Notes under the pieces: generated by a model
Told to the model about the DNA's origin: nothing
Seen by the model: the letters and a program-made list of their open reading frames with translations, nothing else
Databases searched by the model: none
DNA from: Candidatus Sulfotelmatobacter sp.
Lineage (GTDB): Bacteria > Acidobacteriota > Terriglobia > Terriglobales > Acidobacteriaceae
Assembly (NCBI GenBank): GCA_049584615.1
Contig: JBAUYE010000355.1
Span: 3,876-67,875, forward strand
DNA length: 64,000 bases
Direction: 5' to 3'
Part shown: piece after piece, positions 9,262 through 18,282 of the stretch
Numbering within the stretch: position 1 is the stretch's first letter
Layout: the number at the start of each line of letters is the position of its first letter
Made by a program: the position numbers and the translations under genes

Positions 9262-10515
9262 ATGAAGCTTTGGAGACGCTGGAGAGGCCGGACTCTGTTG
9301 TTCCTCGCTGTAGTTGGGCCGGGGATCATCACCGCGAACGTCGACAACGACGCCGGCGGCATTCTCACTTACTCCCAGGCGGGCGCGCAATATGGATTTC
9401 TCCTGCTGTGGACCATGATCCCGGTCACCCTGGCGCTGATCGTAGTACAGGAAATGTGCGCCCGCATGGGCGCTGTGACCGGCAAGGGCCTCAGCGACCT
9501 GATCCGCGAAGAGTTCGGGTTCCGCATTACGTTTCTGATGATGCTCGGAATCCTGATCACGAACTTCGGCAACGTGGTTACAGAATTTATCGGCATCGCC
9601 ACCAGCCTTGAGTTATTCGGCCTTTCGCGCTACGTGACCGTCCCGGTTTGCGGCGTCATCGTATGGCTGATTGTAGTGAAAGGCCAATACAAGACTGTGG
9701 AGAAGGTCTTCCTAGCCGCGTCTTTTTTCTACATCACTTATATCTTCGCCGGAGCGCTCGCGCATCCGGCCTGGAAACTTGCGACCGTCGCAACTTTCAA
9801 GCCGCCAGAGTGGGGTAAATTCCGCGAACAGGCCTATCTGTACATGGTGATCGGCGTAGTCGGGACCACGATCGCGCCCTGGATGCAGTTCTATCTTCAA
9901 GCCTCCGTGGTGGAAAAGGGCGTGACCCGGCGCGGACTTCACGCTTCGCGCTGGGATGTAATTGTGGGCTGCATCTTTACCGACGTGGTGGCGTGGTTCA
10001 TCATCGTGGCCTGCGCCGCGACCTTGTACGTCCACGGCTACCGCGACATCAAGTATGCTGCCGACGCAGCCCAGGCCCTGAAGCCTCTGGCCGGGCAGTA
10101 CGCGTACATCCTCTTTGCGGTGGGCCTGTTCAACGCGTCGCTCTTTGCGGCATCGATTCTGCCGCTTTCCACGGCCTACACGGTGTGCGAAGGGCTAGGC
10201 TTTGAATCCGGCGTAGACAAGAAATTCGGCGAGGCCCCGTTTTTCTACTGGCTGTACACGCTGCTGATTGTGGCCGGTGGGGCCGTGCTTCTAATCCCCG
10301 GCTTGCCGCTGGTGAAGATTGCGGTGCTGTCGCAGGTTGTGAACGGCGTGGTTCTGCCGTTCGTGCTGATCTTCATGCTGCTGCTGATCAACAAGAAGGA
10401 ACTCATGGGAGAGTACGTGAACACGCGACTGTTCAATGCCGTAGCCTGGGCGACTACCGTGGTCATGATCGGGCTGACGATTGCGTGGTTCTGGACGCTG
10501 CGAGGCGCAGGCTAG
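9262..10515 (+). CDS. mntH: NRAMP-family divalent metal (Mn2+/Fe2+) transporter
   Basis: The NRAMP signature GPGIITANVDNDAGGILTYSQAGAQYGF is present, with about 11 hydrophobic segments. The start is ATG 9262. The track ORF begins at GTG 9256. Confidence 0.9.
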   Translation: MKLWRRWRGRTLLFLAVVGPGIITANVDNDAGGILTYSQAGAQYGFLLLWTMIPVTLALIVVQEMCARMGAVTGKGLSDLIREEFGFRITFLMMLGILITNFGNVVTEFIGIATSLELFGLSRYVTVPVCGVIVWLIVVKGQYKTVEKVFLAASFFYITYIFAGALAHPAWKLATVATFKPPEWGKFREQAYLYMVIGVVGTTIAPWMQFYLQASVVEKGVTRRGLHASRWDVIVGCIFTDVVAWFIIVACAATLYVHGYRDIKYAADAAQALKPLAGQYAYILFAVGLFNASLFAASILPLSTAYTVCEGLGFESGVDKKFGEAPFFYWLYTLLIVAGGAVLLIPGLPLVKIAVLSQVVNGVVLPFVLIFMLLLINKKELMGEYVNTRLFNAVAWATTVVMIGLTIAWFWTLRGAG

Positions 10516-10555
10516 AACGCTCCGAACTTCTCCACAGATAAATTTTTCTCGGCTG

Positions 10556-10948
10556 TCATATCAGTTTCCCCGCCGCCAAATCCTTCACCAGTGAAGCATC
10601 TGCTTCGAGAAAATCATACTTGCCCAGATCCTTGGGAGCCGACCACTGCAGATCGCGGAAGATGCGATTCTCGATTTCGCCGTCGTATTCGCGCACAATA
10701 AAAAATCGCAGCTCCACCATGGCCCCGTTCGGGTAGGTATGCTTCAGTCGCACGATCTCATCGCCGATCTTGGCGTTAATTCCTAATTCTTCTTCCAACT
10801 CGCGGCGCAGGGCGTGGCGAGGCTGCTCGCCTTCTTCAATTTTTCCTCCGGGAAATTCCCACTTGAGAGGCATGGTCTGATGCCGTGTCCGCTGGCAGAC
10901 CAGCAGCTTCCCATCTTTCTCGATTACGGCTGCGACCACCCGTTTCAT
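10556..10948 (-). CDS. NUDIX hydrolase (MutT-like pyrophosphohydrolase)
   Basis: The Nudix box is GGKIEEGEQPRHALRRELEEELGI. The start is taken at MKRVVAAVIEKDG. The track ORF extends to 10972. Confidence 0.85.
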   Translation of the reverse strand: MKRVVAAVIEKDGKLLVCQRTRHQTMPLKWEFPGGKIEEGEQPRHALRRELEEELGINAKIGDEIVRLKHTYPNGAMVELRFFIVREYDGEIENRIFRDLQWSAPKDLGKYDFLEADASLVKDLAAGKLI

Positions 10949-11013
10949 AAATTGCCGATTCCGGAGAACCAATGAGTTCCCGTTTGAGTTTGTGGTTTAC
11001 CAGCAAACGAGGT

Positions 11014-11496
11014 TCAGCGCCCCTTTTCCAGCTTTTTCCCAACAACTTCGGCGCAGTACTGGACGAGTTTCTGGTCGTCGACGCCGAACGCCGCGGGGAA
11101 ATGGCTGTCGATGTCGAGTTCACCGGCCACCTGGCCTTTGATGAAAATAGGCACGACGATTTCAGACTTTGTCTCCAGAGAACAGGCCAGGTAGCGGGGA
11201 TCTTTGCTGACGTCGTCGACCACGATCGTCTTGCCGCTGGAAGCGGCGGCCCCGCAAATTCCCTGGTTGAGGGGAATTCGCGTGTGCGGAGTCATGGCGC
11301 CAACGAAAGCCTCCAGCACCAGCATGGGAGGTTGGGCGCCGGCTTCGAGCATGTAAAAGCCAACCCAGTTATATTTCAGCATGCGCTCATGCAAAAGCTT
11401 GCACACCCCTTGCATAAGGTCCTTAGCCGTAGGCGCCGCTTGCGCAAGTGCCGTGATTTCGTTGCGAACCTCTTCGATTCTGGTGGTGACGGGCAT
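11014..11496 (-). CDS. GAF-domain protein of the free methionine-(R)-sulfoxide reductase (fRMsr/YebR) type
   Basis: This is a 160-aa single GAF domain with the typical GICGAAASSGKTIVVDDVSKDPRYLACSLETKSEIVVPI segment. Confidence 0.8.
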   Translation of the reverse strand: MPVTTRIEEVRNEITALAQAAPTAKDLMQGVCKLLHERMLKYNWVGFYMLEAGAQPPMLVLEAFVGAMTPHTRIPLNQGICGAAASSGKTIVVDDVSKDPRYLACSLETKSEIVVPIFIKGQVAGELDIDSHFPAAFGVDDQKLVQYCAEVVGKKLEKGR

Positions 11497-11511
11497 GAAG
11501 AGAATCTTAAC

Positions 11512-12354
11512 TCAGCGCGTGAGATTCGCGGCTGTGGAAGATGAAACGCAAGTAATCTGCCGGATTCCTTCCGTGCGGGCAAAGATTTCGGGATGAATCG
11601 CAAAGGCCAGGGCGTCGAGACCGCGAAGCAGCGTGGGAGCAGGCGTATTGAGATGCTCGTCCCGCACGCAATAGATCCGGGAGGCGCGAGCGGCGTGAGT
11701 TCCCTGCCAATTGCGCTCGGCGACAATTCTCTCTAGCGGCACTCGGTCGCCCGCTCCGCACCATGCGGCGATCACAATGTCAGGATCCATGCGGGCCACT
11801 TCTTGGGCGGAAATCTGCCGTCCGGGTACGCCCAGAAACTCGCCTCCGGCGGCTTCCACCAGTTCCGCGACCCAGGCTTGCGACGCGATTAGCGGCTTGC
11901 CCCATTCTTCGCAGAAGACCTTCGGACGAGCTAATCCAGCGGTGCGGGCGCGGACCTCCTCGATGTGGTGCTTCATGCGAGCGATAACTTCCTCGCCGCG
12001 TTCATTCGCTCCGACCACCCCGGCAATGAGGGCAATGTCAGCGTACACATCGGCCAGACTCTTAGGCGCAAGCCCTAGAAACGAAGTGCCGGACTTGAGT
12101 ATTTCGATCACCGCTTTTTCCCGGTAAGGCACAGAGGCGATGACGAGGTCGGGCTCAACAGCAATAATCTGCGCGGCGTTGGCCGTCCAGGAGTCGGCAA
12201 GAATAGTCCGCGGCCGCACCATGATTTCAGGAACTACGTCCGCGCAATACTTCGTGCAGGCGACCACGCGCTCGAGTTCGCCAACGGCGGCGAGAATGAC
12301 CGTGGCGCTGGGTTGGAGGCAGGCGATGCGGCGCGGTGTGTGCGAGGGTGGCAT
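11512..12354 (-). CDS. TroA/BtuF-fold (cobalamin or Fe-siderophore type) binding protein without a signal peptide
   Basis: RIACLQPSATVILAAVGELERVVACT ... PDLVIAS ... PDIVIAAWCG are hallmarks of class III periplasmic-binding-protein folds. The N-terminus MPPSHTPRR has no hydrophobic leader. Confidence 0.7.
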   Translation of the reverse strand: MPPSHTPRRIACLQPSATVILAAVGELERVVACTKYCADVVPEIMVRPRTILADSWTANAAQIIAVEPDLVIASVPYREKAVIEILKSGTSFLGLAPKSLADVYADIALIAGVVGANERGEEVIARMKHHIEEVRARTAGLARPKVFCEEWGKPLIASQAWVAELVEAAGGEFLGVPGRQISAQEVARMDPDIVIAAWCGAGDRVPLERIVAERNWQGTHAARASRIYCVRDEHLNTPAPTLLRGLDALAFAIHPEIFARTEGIRQITCVSSSTAANLTR

Positions 12355-12364
12355 GAGCTTTGCA

Positions 12365-12724
12365 CTACTTTCCGATCTGACTCAGCGTTGCTGAAAGTGC
12401 GTCGAGGGCCAACTGCGCGGCGTGGGTTGAAGCTTGGGGCAGGCCACCGACGGCAGTAATCACGTCCTCGCGCCGCAATTCGTAAGCTTCACTCGCCGTC
12501 TTCCCCACAATCATTTCCGTCAATGCCGAGCCGCAGGCGATGGACGCCACGCATCCTTTCGCCTTGAACCGGGCCCCGGTAATTCGGCCTCCGTCGGCTT
12601 TCAGGGTGAGCCGCAACACGTCACCGCAAGCGGGATTTTCAATTTCTGCCGTGGCGTCCGCATCGGCAAGCTCTCCCGCATTGCGAGGATTCTGGAAATG
12701 ATCGAGTAGCTGGGCTGAATACAT
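12365..12724 (-). CDS. IscU/NifU-N-like (SufU-type) Fe-S cluster scaffold protein
   Basis: YSAQLLDHFQNPRNAGEL ... NPACGDVLRLTL ... FKAKGCVASIACGSALTEM shows the three conserved Cys contexts. The start is taken at MYSAQLL. The track ORF extends to 12766. Confidence 0.85.
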   Translation of the reverse strand: MYSAQLLDHFQNPRNAGELADADATAEIENPACGDVLRLTLKADGGRITGARFKAKGCVASIACGSALTEMIVGKTASEAYELRREDVITAVGGLPQASTHAAQLALDALSATLSQIGK

Positions 12725-12762
12725 TTGGCTGTTCAATTGTAAACGGCAAGCCAGCAGCACAC

Positions 12763-13494
12763 TCAACTCCGCGAACGCACTCCCTCGGGAAAATAAAGTC
12801 GCCAGCCCCGCTCGCGGGCCACGGCCTCGAGATCGGGATTCGGGTTCACCGCGAAAGCATGCTTCGCCATGGCCAGCATGTCCCGATCCCAGCGGGAATT
12901 GCCGAAAGCGCCGTCGATTTCCTTCTTGACCACCTCGCGCAGAGCCTCCGGCTTGCCCACGCCGGAAGGCACGCGGATCAGCCGATCCGTAACGATCCCA
13001 TCATCGACTACCGCATTCGCGGCAAGAACCCGGCTTTCGGGTATGCCGAAATACTTCATTCCGGCGCGGATTACCCATTCATTTGAAGAAGACACCGCCC
13101 AGACCTCGCAACCATTTTCCTGCAGGCGGCGCACGAGTTCTCGCATCTCGGGGAAGATCTGCACCACAAAAAACTGGTCGAAGAAGCGCCTGGCGGCGTC
13201 CATGAGCTTCACCTCTGAAATCCCCCGGTGCATCGTCACCATTTCGCCGCACATTGTGGTCTCATCCACTTCGCCGCGCTTGTAGGCGGCGTAGCGCTCC
13301 CGCAGCGGACGATCGAGGCCCCGCGGAATAAGCTCGCCCTCTCTCAATTCCGAATCGAAAAAGCGCTCCCCGGCATCACCCGACCACAGCGTGCCGTCGC
13401 AATCGAAGGCGGCAACGCGCAACTTAAGACGGAGAATCGAATCGAGGAATTCGTTGGTGACGGGAAGAAATGTTTCGGACTCGGCAGCGTTCAT
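12763..13494 (-). CDS. HAD-IB family hydrolase (phosphoserine-phosphatase-like)
   Basis: HAD motif I is AAFDCDGTLW. Downstream SSS and GNSRWD motifs are consistent with the HAD superfamily. Confidence 0.75.
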   Translation of the reverse strand: MNAAESETFLPVTNEFLDSILRLKLRVAAFDCDGTLWSGDAGERFFDSELREGELIPRGLDRPLRERYAAYKRGEVDETTMCGEMVTMHRGISEVKLMDAARRFFDQFFVVQIFPEMRELVRRLQENGCEVWAVSSSNEWVIRAGMKYFGIPESRVLAANAVVDDGIVTDRLIRVPSGVGKPEALREVVKKEIDGAFGNSRWDRDMLAMAKHAFAVNPNPDLEAVARERGWRLYFPEGVRSRS

Positions 13495-13544
13495 CTATCG
13501 ACAATAACGTGCTCGAGGGGAAGCGCGCAATGGCGCGGGCTCGC

Positions 13545-14180
13545 TCAAGAGGAGCCCGACAGCAGCGCCGCATAGTCCTCCGGGGTGTTGACATTCAGGG
13601 CGACCAGAGGATCGTCGACCGGTACATACTGGATGTGCTCCTGATACTGATGTTCGATGGCGCGGGCAATCGACGTAGCCGGGACCCGGAGAAACGCCTC
13701 AATCATTTCACGGCCCACCAGGTAGGGATGCCCGTGTTTGCCGGAAAACTCAGGCACGACGGCCCAGATATTCGGATCGGCAGCTTCGAAGGCATCGTGG
13801 AGAATCTGGAGTGTCGCGGGGCTCACCGGAGGGCGATCGACCAGAGTCACCATGGCGGCATCACGTCCGTGGTTGAGCACTTCATTCAGGCCGATCTGCA
13901 ACGAACTGAACTGGCCGCGACTCGAATCTTTATTGACCACGAGAGACGCTCCATCCGCATAAATAATTGGCGTCAGCGCCGGTTCATTTGTTCCGACCAC
14001 CACCACAACGAAATCCGTGGCCAGCAGGAGCGAACGAATCGCGGCTGAGAGGAATGTGTCATTGGAAATCGCTTGCCCCGCCACCGGTGGGGGCCACGGC
14101 AGCAATGCCTTATCCCGGCCCATGCGCGAGGAGTCTCCCGCGGCAAGAATCACTCCAGCGAAGGTGGAAGCGCGAATCAT
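13545..14180 (-). CDS. MobA-like NTP transferase (molybdenum cofactor cytidylyl/guanylyl-transferase family)
   Basis: The N-terminal signature is GVILAAGDSSRMGRDKALLPW. The gene is adjacent to xdhC-like. Confidence 0.8.
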   Translation of the reverse strand: MIRASTFAGVILAAGDSSRMGRDKALLPWPPPVAGQAISNDTFLSAAIRSLLLATDFVVVVVGTNEPALTPIIYADGASLVVNKDSSRGQFSSLQIGLNEVLNHGRDAAMVTLVDRPPVSPATLQILHDAFEAADPNIWAVVPEFSGKHGHPYLVGREMIEAFLRVPATSIARAIEHQYQEHIQYVPVDDPLVALNVNTPEDYAALLSGSS

Positions 14181-14210
14181 ACTGCGAAGATAGCAGGGAT
14201 CGGTAAAGAA

Positions 14211-15083
14211 TTACTCATGCTCATCGAGTGCCGCTTCTCGCGCGTCCGGCGCTTCGTTCGGTTCAGGCTGCGATTCCCGCAACCCGAACCAGCTCATGTG
14301 CGGCAAGTCGGCACCTGCATGCCGGCGAAATGCGATCAACTCTGCCGTAATCGCTACCGCAATCTCTTCGGGGGTGATGGCGCCGATGTCGAGTCCGATG
14401 GGGGCATGGATGCGGTCGAACAGATGCGCGGGCACGCCTTCCTCCTGCAAAGTTTTAAAGATTCCTATCACTTTGCGCTTGGAGCCGATCATCCCGATGT
14501 AGCGGGCGCGGGTCTGCACGGCCCAGCGCAGTAGCCGCATGTCGTCGCGATGACCGCGGGTGACAATGACGATGTAGGAAGTTTCGTTCGGATCGAGCTG
14601 ATTTGTCGCCTCATCGAAATCGAGTGCGCGCACCTCGCGGGCGGCCGGAAAACGTTCCTTGGTCGCGTAAGAGGTGCGGTCGTCAGTGACGATGGGGTCG
14701 AATCCAGCACTGCCTGCGACTTGGCAAAGGTTGGCAGCTACGTGACCTGCGCCGAAAATATAAAGTAACGCTGGAGGTAAGACCGGCTCGATGAAGACTT
14801 CGAGCGCGCCGCCGCAGACCAGGCCGGTATCGTATTTCGGATCCTGATTCAGATCGAAAGTAAGGGTGCGGGGCTTTTCCGTTTCCATGACTTCGCGCGC
14901 CGCTTGCCACACGTCGGCCTCGACGCAACCGCCGCCGATGGTGCCGACGATCGATCCATCGTCGCGCACCAGCATCTTTGCAGTCTTAAATGAAGGGATG
15001 GAGCCGCGCACGTTTACGATGGTCGCGACCGCGCCGCGCCGTCCGTCGCGTCGCAGCTGCACGATTTGCTCGTAGATGTCCAT
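14211..15083 (-). CDS. XdhC/CoxI family molybdoenzyme maturation protein
   Basis: The N-terminal XdhC_CoxI-like segment is AVATIVNVRGSIPSFKTAKMLV..GTIGGGCVE. The Rossmann-like part is LYIFGAGHVAANL. Confidence 0.8.
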   Translation of the reverse strand: MDIYEQIVQLRRDGRRGAVATIVNVRGSIPSFKTAKMLVRDDGSIVGTIGGGCVEADVWQAAREVMETEKPRTLTFDLNQDPKYDTGLVCGGALEVFIEPVLPPALLYIFGAGHVAANLCQVAGSAGFDPIVTDDRTSYATKERFPAAREVRALDFDEATNQLDPNETSYIVIVTRGHRDDMRLLRWAVQTRARYIGMIGSKRKVIGIFKTLQEEGVPAHLFDRIHAPIGLDIGAITPEEIAVAITAELIAFRRHAGADLPHMSWFGLRESQPEPNEAPDAREAALDEHE

Positions 15084-15182
15084 AAGGCTGGCGACGGCTC
15101 GCTGGTTTGATTATCAGTCGGTTAATAGGGGAGAGTCAAACGCGACCCATTTTGTGTTAGTTTCGGCTCTTGGGAGATCTCT

Positions 15183-16205
15183 ATGAAGGCTGTCCGCATT
15201 CATCAATTCGGCGGGCCGGAAGTTTTGACTTACGAAGATGTGCCCGATCCGCAGCCCCATAAGGATCAGGTGCTGGTCCGCGTGCGCGCGTGCGCGCTAA
15301 ATCATCTCGACATCTGGGTACGGAAGGGGCTGCCGGGGGTGAAGCTGCCGCACATTCTCGGCAGCGACGTTGCCGGCGAAGTGGTCGAGGTGGGTGAGTA
15401 CGTCGGCGGATTCAAGACGGGGCAGCGCGTGCTGCTCGCGCCCATGCACTACTGCGGACATTGCGGGAAGTGTGTTGCCGGAGTGCAGAACCAGTGCCGC
15501 GCATTTACCGTGCTGGGCAATGGTGTGGATGGAGGAAACTGTGAACTGATCGCTGTGCCTCCAGCGAATGTGATTCCAATTCCCGACTCGCTCGATTTCA
15601 ATCAGGCAGCCAGCGTGCCTCTGGTTTTTGTGACCGCGTGGCACATGCTTGTGGGACGAGCCGGCATTCGTCCGGGACAGACCGTGCTGGTGCTGGGGGC
15701 AGGTTCCGGCGTGGGCATCGCCGCCATTCAGATTGCCAAATTCTTTCACTGCCGCGTGATCACCACCGCGGGCGACGAATCGAAGCTCGCCAAGGGCCGC
15801 GAACTGGGCGCGGACTACGGCATCAACCATTATCAGCAGAAGATCTCCGAAGAAGTGCGGAAGATCACGAATAAAGAGGGCGTCGACATCGTGGTCGAGC
15901 ACGTGGGCGCCGCCACGTGGGACGAGAGCGTGAAATCTCTCAAGAGCGGCGGCACGCTGGTCACTTGCGGAGCGACCACGGGACCGAACGTCGCGCTCGA
16001 CCTGCGGCATCTGTTTGCCCGGCAGTTGACGCTGCTCGGCTCCTATATGGGAACCATGGGCGAGCTGCATGAAGTATTGCGTCATGTGTTCGCCGGTCGT
16101 CTAAAACCGGTGGTCGACCGTGTGTTTCCCCTCAGCGAGTTGCGTGCGGCGCATGAGTATCTCGAGGGGAGCCAGATGTTTGGAAAGATCGTGGTGAATC
16201 CTTAG
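15183..16205 (+). CDS. Zinc-type alcohol dehydrogenase / quinone oxidoreductase (MDR superfamily)
   Basis: The GroES-like N-domain is ACALNHLDIWVRKGLPG..GSDVAGEV, with a Cys-rich structural-zinc loop CGHCGKCVAG. The NAD(P) fold is VLGAGSGVG. Confidence 0.85.
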   Translation: MKAVRIHQFGGPEVLTYEDVPDPQPHKDQVLVRVRACALNHLDIWVRKGLPGVKLPHILGSDVAGEVVEVGEYVGGFKTGQRVLLAPMHYCGHCGKCVAGVQNQCRAFTVLGNGVDGGNCELIAVPPANVIPIPDSLDFNQAASVPLVFVTAWHMLVGRAGIRPGQTVLVLGAGSGVGIAAIQIAKFFHCRVITTAGDESKLAKGRELGADYGINHYQQKISEEVRKITNKEGVDIVVEHVGAATWDESVKSLKSGGTLVTCGATTGPNVALDLRHLFARQLTLLGSYMGTMGELHEVLRHVFAGRLKPVVDRVFPLSELRAAHEYLEGSQMFGKIVVNP

Positions 16206-16303
16206 AGAAAACTGCGCAGCCAGCTAATCATCCCACCTATATTTGCCGATAGCCTCCTTGAAGGTCGGCTTCGGACGTTTCTTCCTCTCAGCCTGGGTAC
16301 AAA

Positions 16304-18175
16304 ATGATGCCGCAATGGTACGGAGTCGCTCTCGGTGCGCTCGGCATCCTGGTAATTTACGAGCAGTTCCGCATGTACCTGGCTCGCCGGAAGTCGAAGG
16401 AGCGCGAAGAGCTGTTTCAGATCGTCACCGAGAACGCCGCCGACATGATTGCGCTAGTCGATGCGAAGGGGCGGAGGCTTTACAACAGTCCCTCGTATAA
16501 GAAAATTCTGGGTTATTCGGCGGCGGAACTCTCCGGGACCTCTTCGTTTGAGCAGATCCATCCAGAGGATCGTCTCAAGGTGCTGGAGGCGGCGCGCGAG
16601 GCCCGTAGCACCGGAGTGGGCAGAAAACTGGAATACCGCATCCGCCACAAAGATGGCAGTTGGCGGGTGCTCGAGTCGATGGCCAGCACCATCCGGAACG
16701 AGAAGGGCGAGGTCGCAAAGCTGGTCATCATGAATCGCGATGTGACCGAGCGCAAGCGAGCGGAAGAAGAACTCGAGCACAACTCTTTTCACGATGCTCT
16801 AACCGGGTTACCCAACCGCCGCCTCTTCCTCGATCGCCTGCAGCACTTGTTTGCCCGGGCGCGGCGCAACCCAGAGCGGCAGCATGCCGTATTGCTTGTG
16901 GACCTCGATGGCTTCAAGACGTTCAACGACACCATGGGTCACGTGCTGGGCGATCGCGTGATCGTCGAGATTGGCCAGCGTCTGGGAGCCTGCTTGCGGC
17001 ATGACGACACGGTTTCCCGGCCGCAGTTCGAAAACTCCGCTATGGATGCAGTGCTTTCCCGCATGGGCGGCGACGAATTCACCATCCTGCTCGAAGAGGT
17101 AAGCGATCCGAGCAACGCGATGCGGGTCGCGGAGCGAATCCTCTGTGCCGTGGCCGAGCCTTTTCTGGTGGAAGGACGCAAGGTGCGCACCTCGGCGAGC
17201 GTGGGCATCGCTTTGAGCAAGCCCACGCACGAGCGCGCCGAGGATCTTTTGGTGGATGCCGACGTCGCGATGCGCCGTTCTAAGGCGATGGGAGGGTCGC
17301 GCTGCGAAGTGTTTGACGAGGCAGTGCACACCCGCGCAGTCAACCGGCTCAAGCTGGAATCCGATTTGCGCGAGGCGCTCGAGAAACGCCAGTTTCGCCT
17401 ACACTACCAGCCCATCGTGCAACTGGCGACCAGGCAGATCACCGGGTTTGAGGCACTGCTGCGTTGGCAGCATCCCGTGCAGGGCCTAATTGCACCGGAT
17501 AAGTTCATGGCCGCAGCGGAAGACACCGGGTTGTTGGTTTCGGTCGGCCAGTGGGTGATTGTGGAGGCATGCGAGCAGTTGCGTGCCTGGGACAACGCTT
17601 GCGACAGTAAGATTGCGGCTGAGAATTTCCCACCGACGCCCGTCAGCGTGAGCGTGAACGTCTCAGCCAGGCAATTGGCCGATCTCCGCTTCGTCAGCGG
17701 CCTGGAAGCGACCCTGCGGCAGACCGGGATCGACCCATCGCGGCTGCAGCTGGAGATGACGGAAGGCGTGGCGGCAGCCGATGTAAAGCTGACGGCGACG
17801 GTGCTCTCGCACCTGAAGCAACTCCGCGTCGGCGTGATCCTGGACGACTTTGGAACGGGTAATTCCTCTCTGAGCGGGCTGCAGCTGTTTCCCATCGCAG
17901 CGCTGAAGATCGACCGCTGCCTGATTGCCGGAATGCTGGCTGACCACGCCACGCGTGACACCGTGGAGTTGATTATCCTGCTCGCCCACAAATTGAAGTT
18001 GAATGCGATTGCCGAGGGTATTGAGTCCGCTCGTCAGGTCGAACACCTCCAGGCGCTAGGGTGCGACCTGGGGCAGGGACATTTCTTCTCCGCTCCGGTA
18101 GAGGCGAAGGCAGCCGAGCAGCTTCTGCGCGAACGGGTGCCGGCACTGCACACAAAGATGGTGGGAGCGCAATAA
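16304..18175 (+). CDS. Membrane-anchored PAS-GGDEF-EAL c-di-GMP turnover protein
   Basis: One N-terminal hydrophobic helix is followed by PAS (FQIVTENAADMIALVD...). The GGDEF site is RMGGDEFTILL and the EAL site is GFEALLRWQHP, with downstream DDFGTG. Confidence 0.9.
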   Translation: MMPQWYGVALGALGILVIYEQFRMYLARRKSKEREELFQIVTENAADMIALVDAKGRRLYNSPSYKKILGYSAAELSGTSSFEQIHPEDRLKVLEAAREARSTGVGRKLEYRIRHKDGSWRVLESMASTIRNEKGEVAKLVIMNRDVTERKRAEEELEHNSFHDALTGLPNRRLFLDRLQHLFARARRNPERQHAVLLVDLDGFKTFNDTMGHVLGDRVIVEIGQRLGACLRHDDTVSRPQFENSAMDAVLSRMGGDEFTILLEEVSDPSNAMRVAERILCAVAEPFLVEGRKVRTSASVGIALSKPTHERAEDLLVDADVAMRRSKAMGGSRCEVFDEAVHTRAVNRLKLESDLREALEKRQFRLHYQPIVQLATRQITGFEALLRWQHPVQGLIAPDKFMAAAEDTGLLVSVGQWVIVEACEQLRAWDNACDSKIAAENFPPTPVSVSVNVSARQLADLRFVSGLEATLRQTGIDPSRLQLEMTEGVAAADVKLTATVLSHLKQLRVGVILDDFGTGNSSLSGLQLFPIAALKIDRCLIAGMLADHATRDTVELIILLAHKLKLNAIAEGIESARQVEHLQALGCDLGQGHFFSAPVEAKAAEQLLRERVPALHTKMVGAQ

Positions 18176-18282
18176 GCTGTCCTCCGTGTTCCCATCATGC
18201 CGTCCTTAGTAATGTCGGCTTTGATTCCTCCCTTCCTCCGCAATGTCTATACTCTTCTTGCCGGTCCGCATGACTCTGGCAG

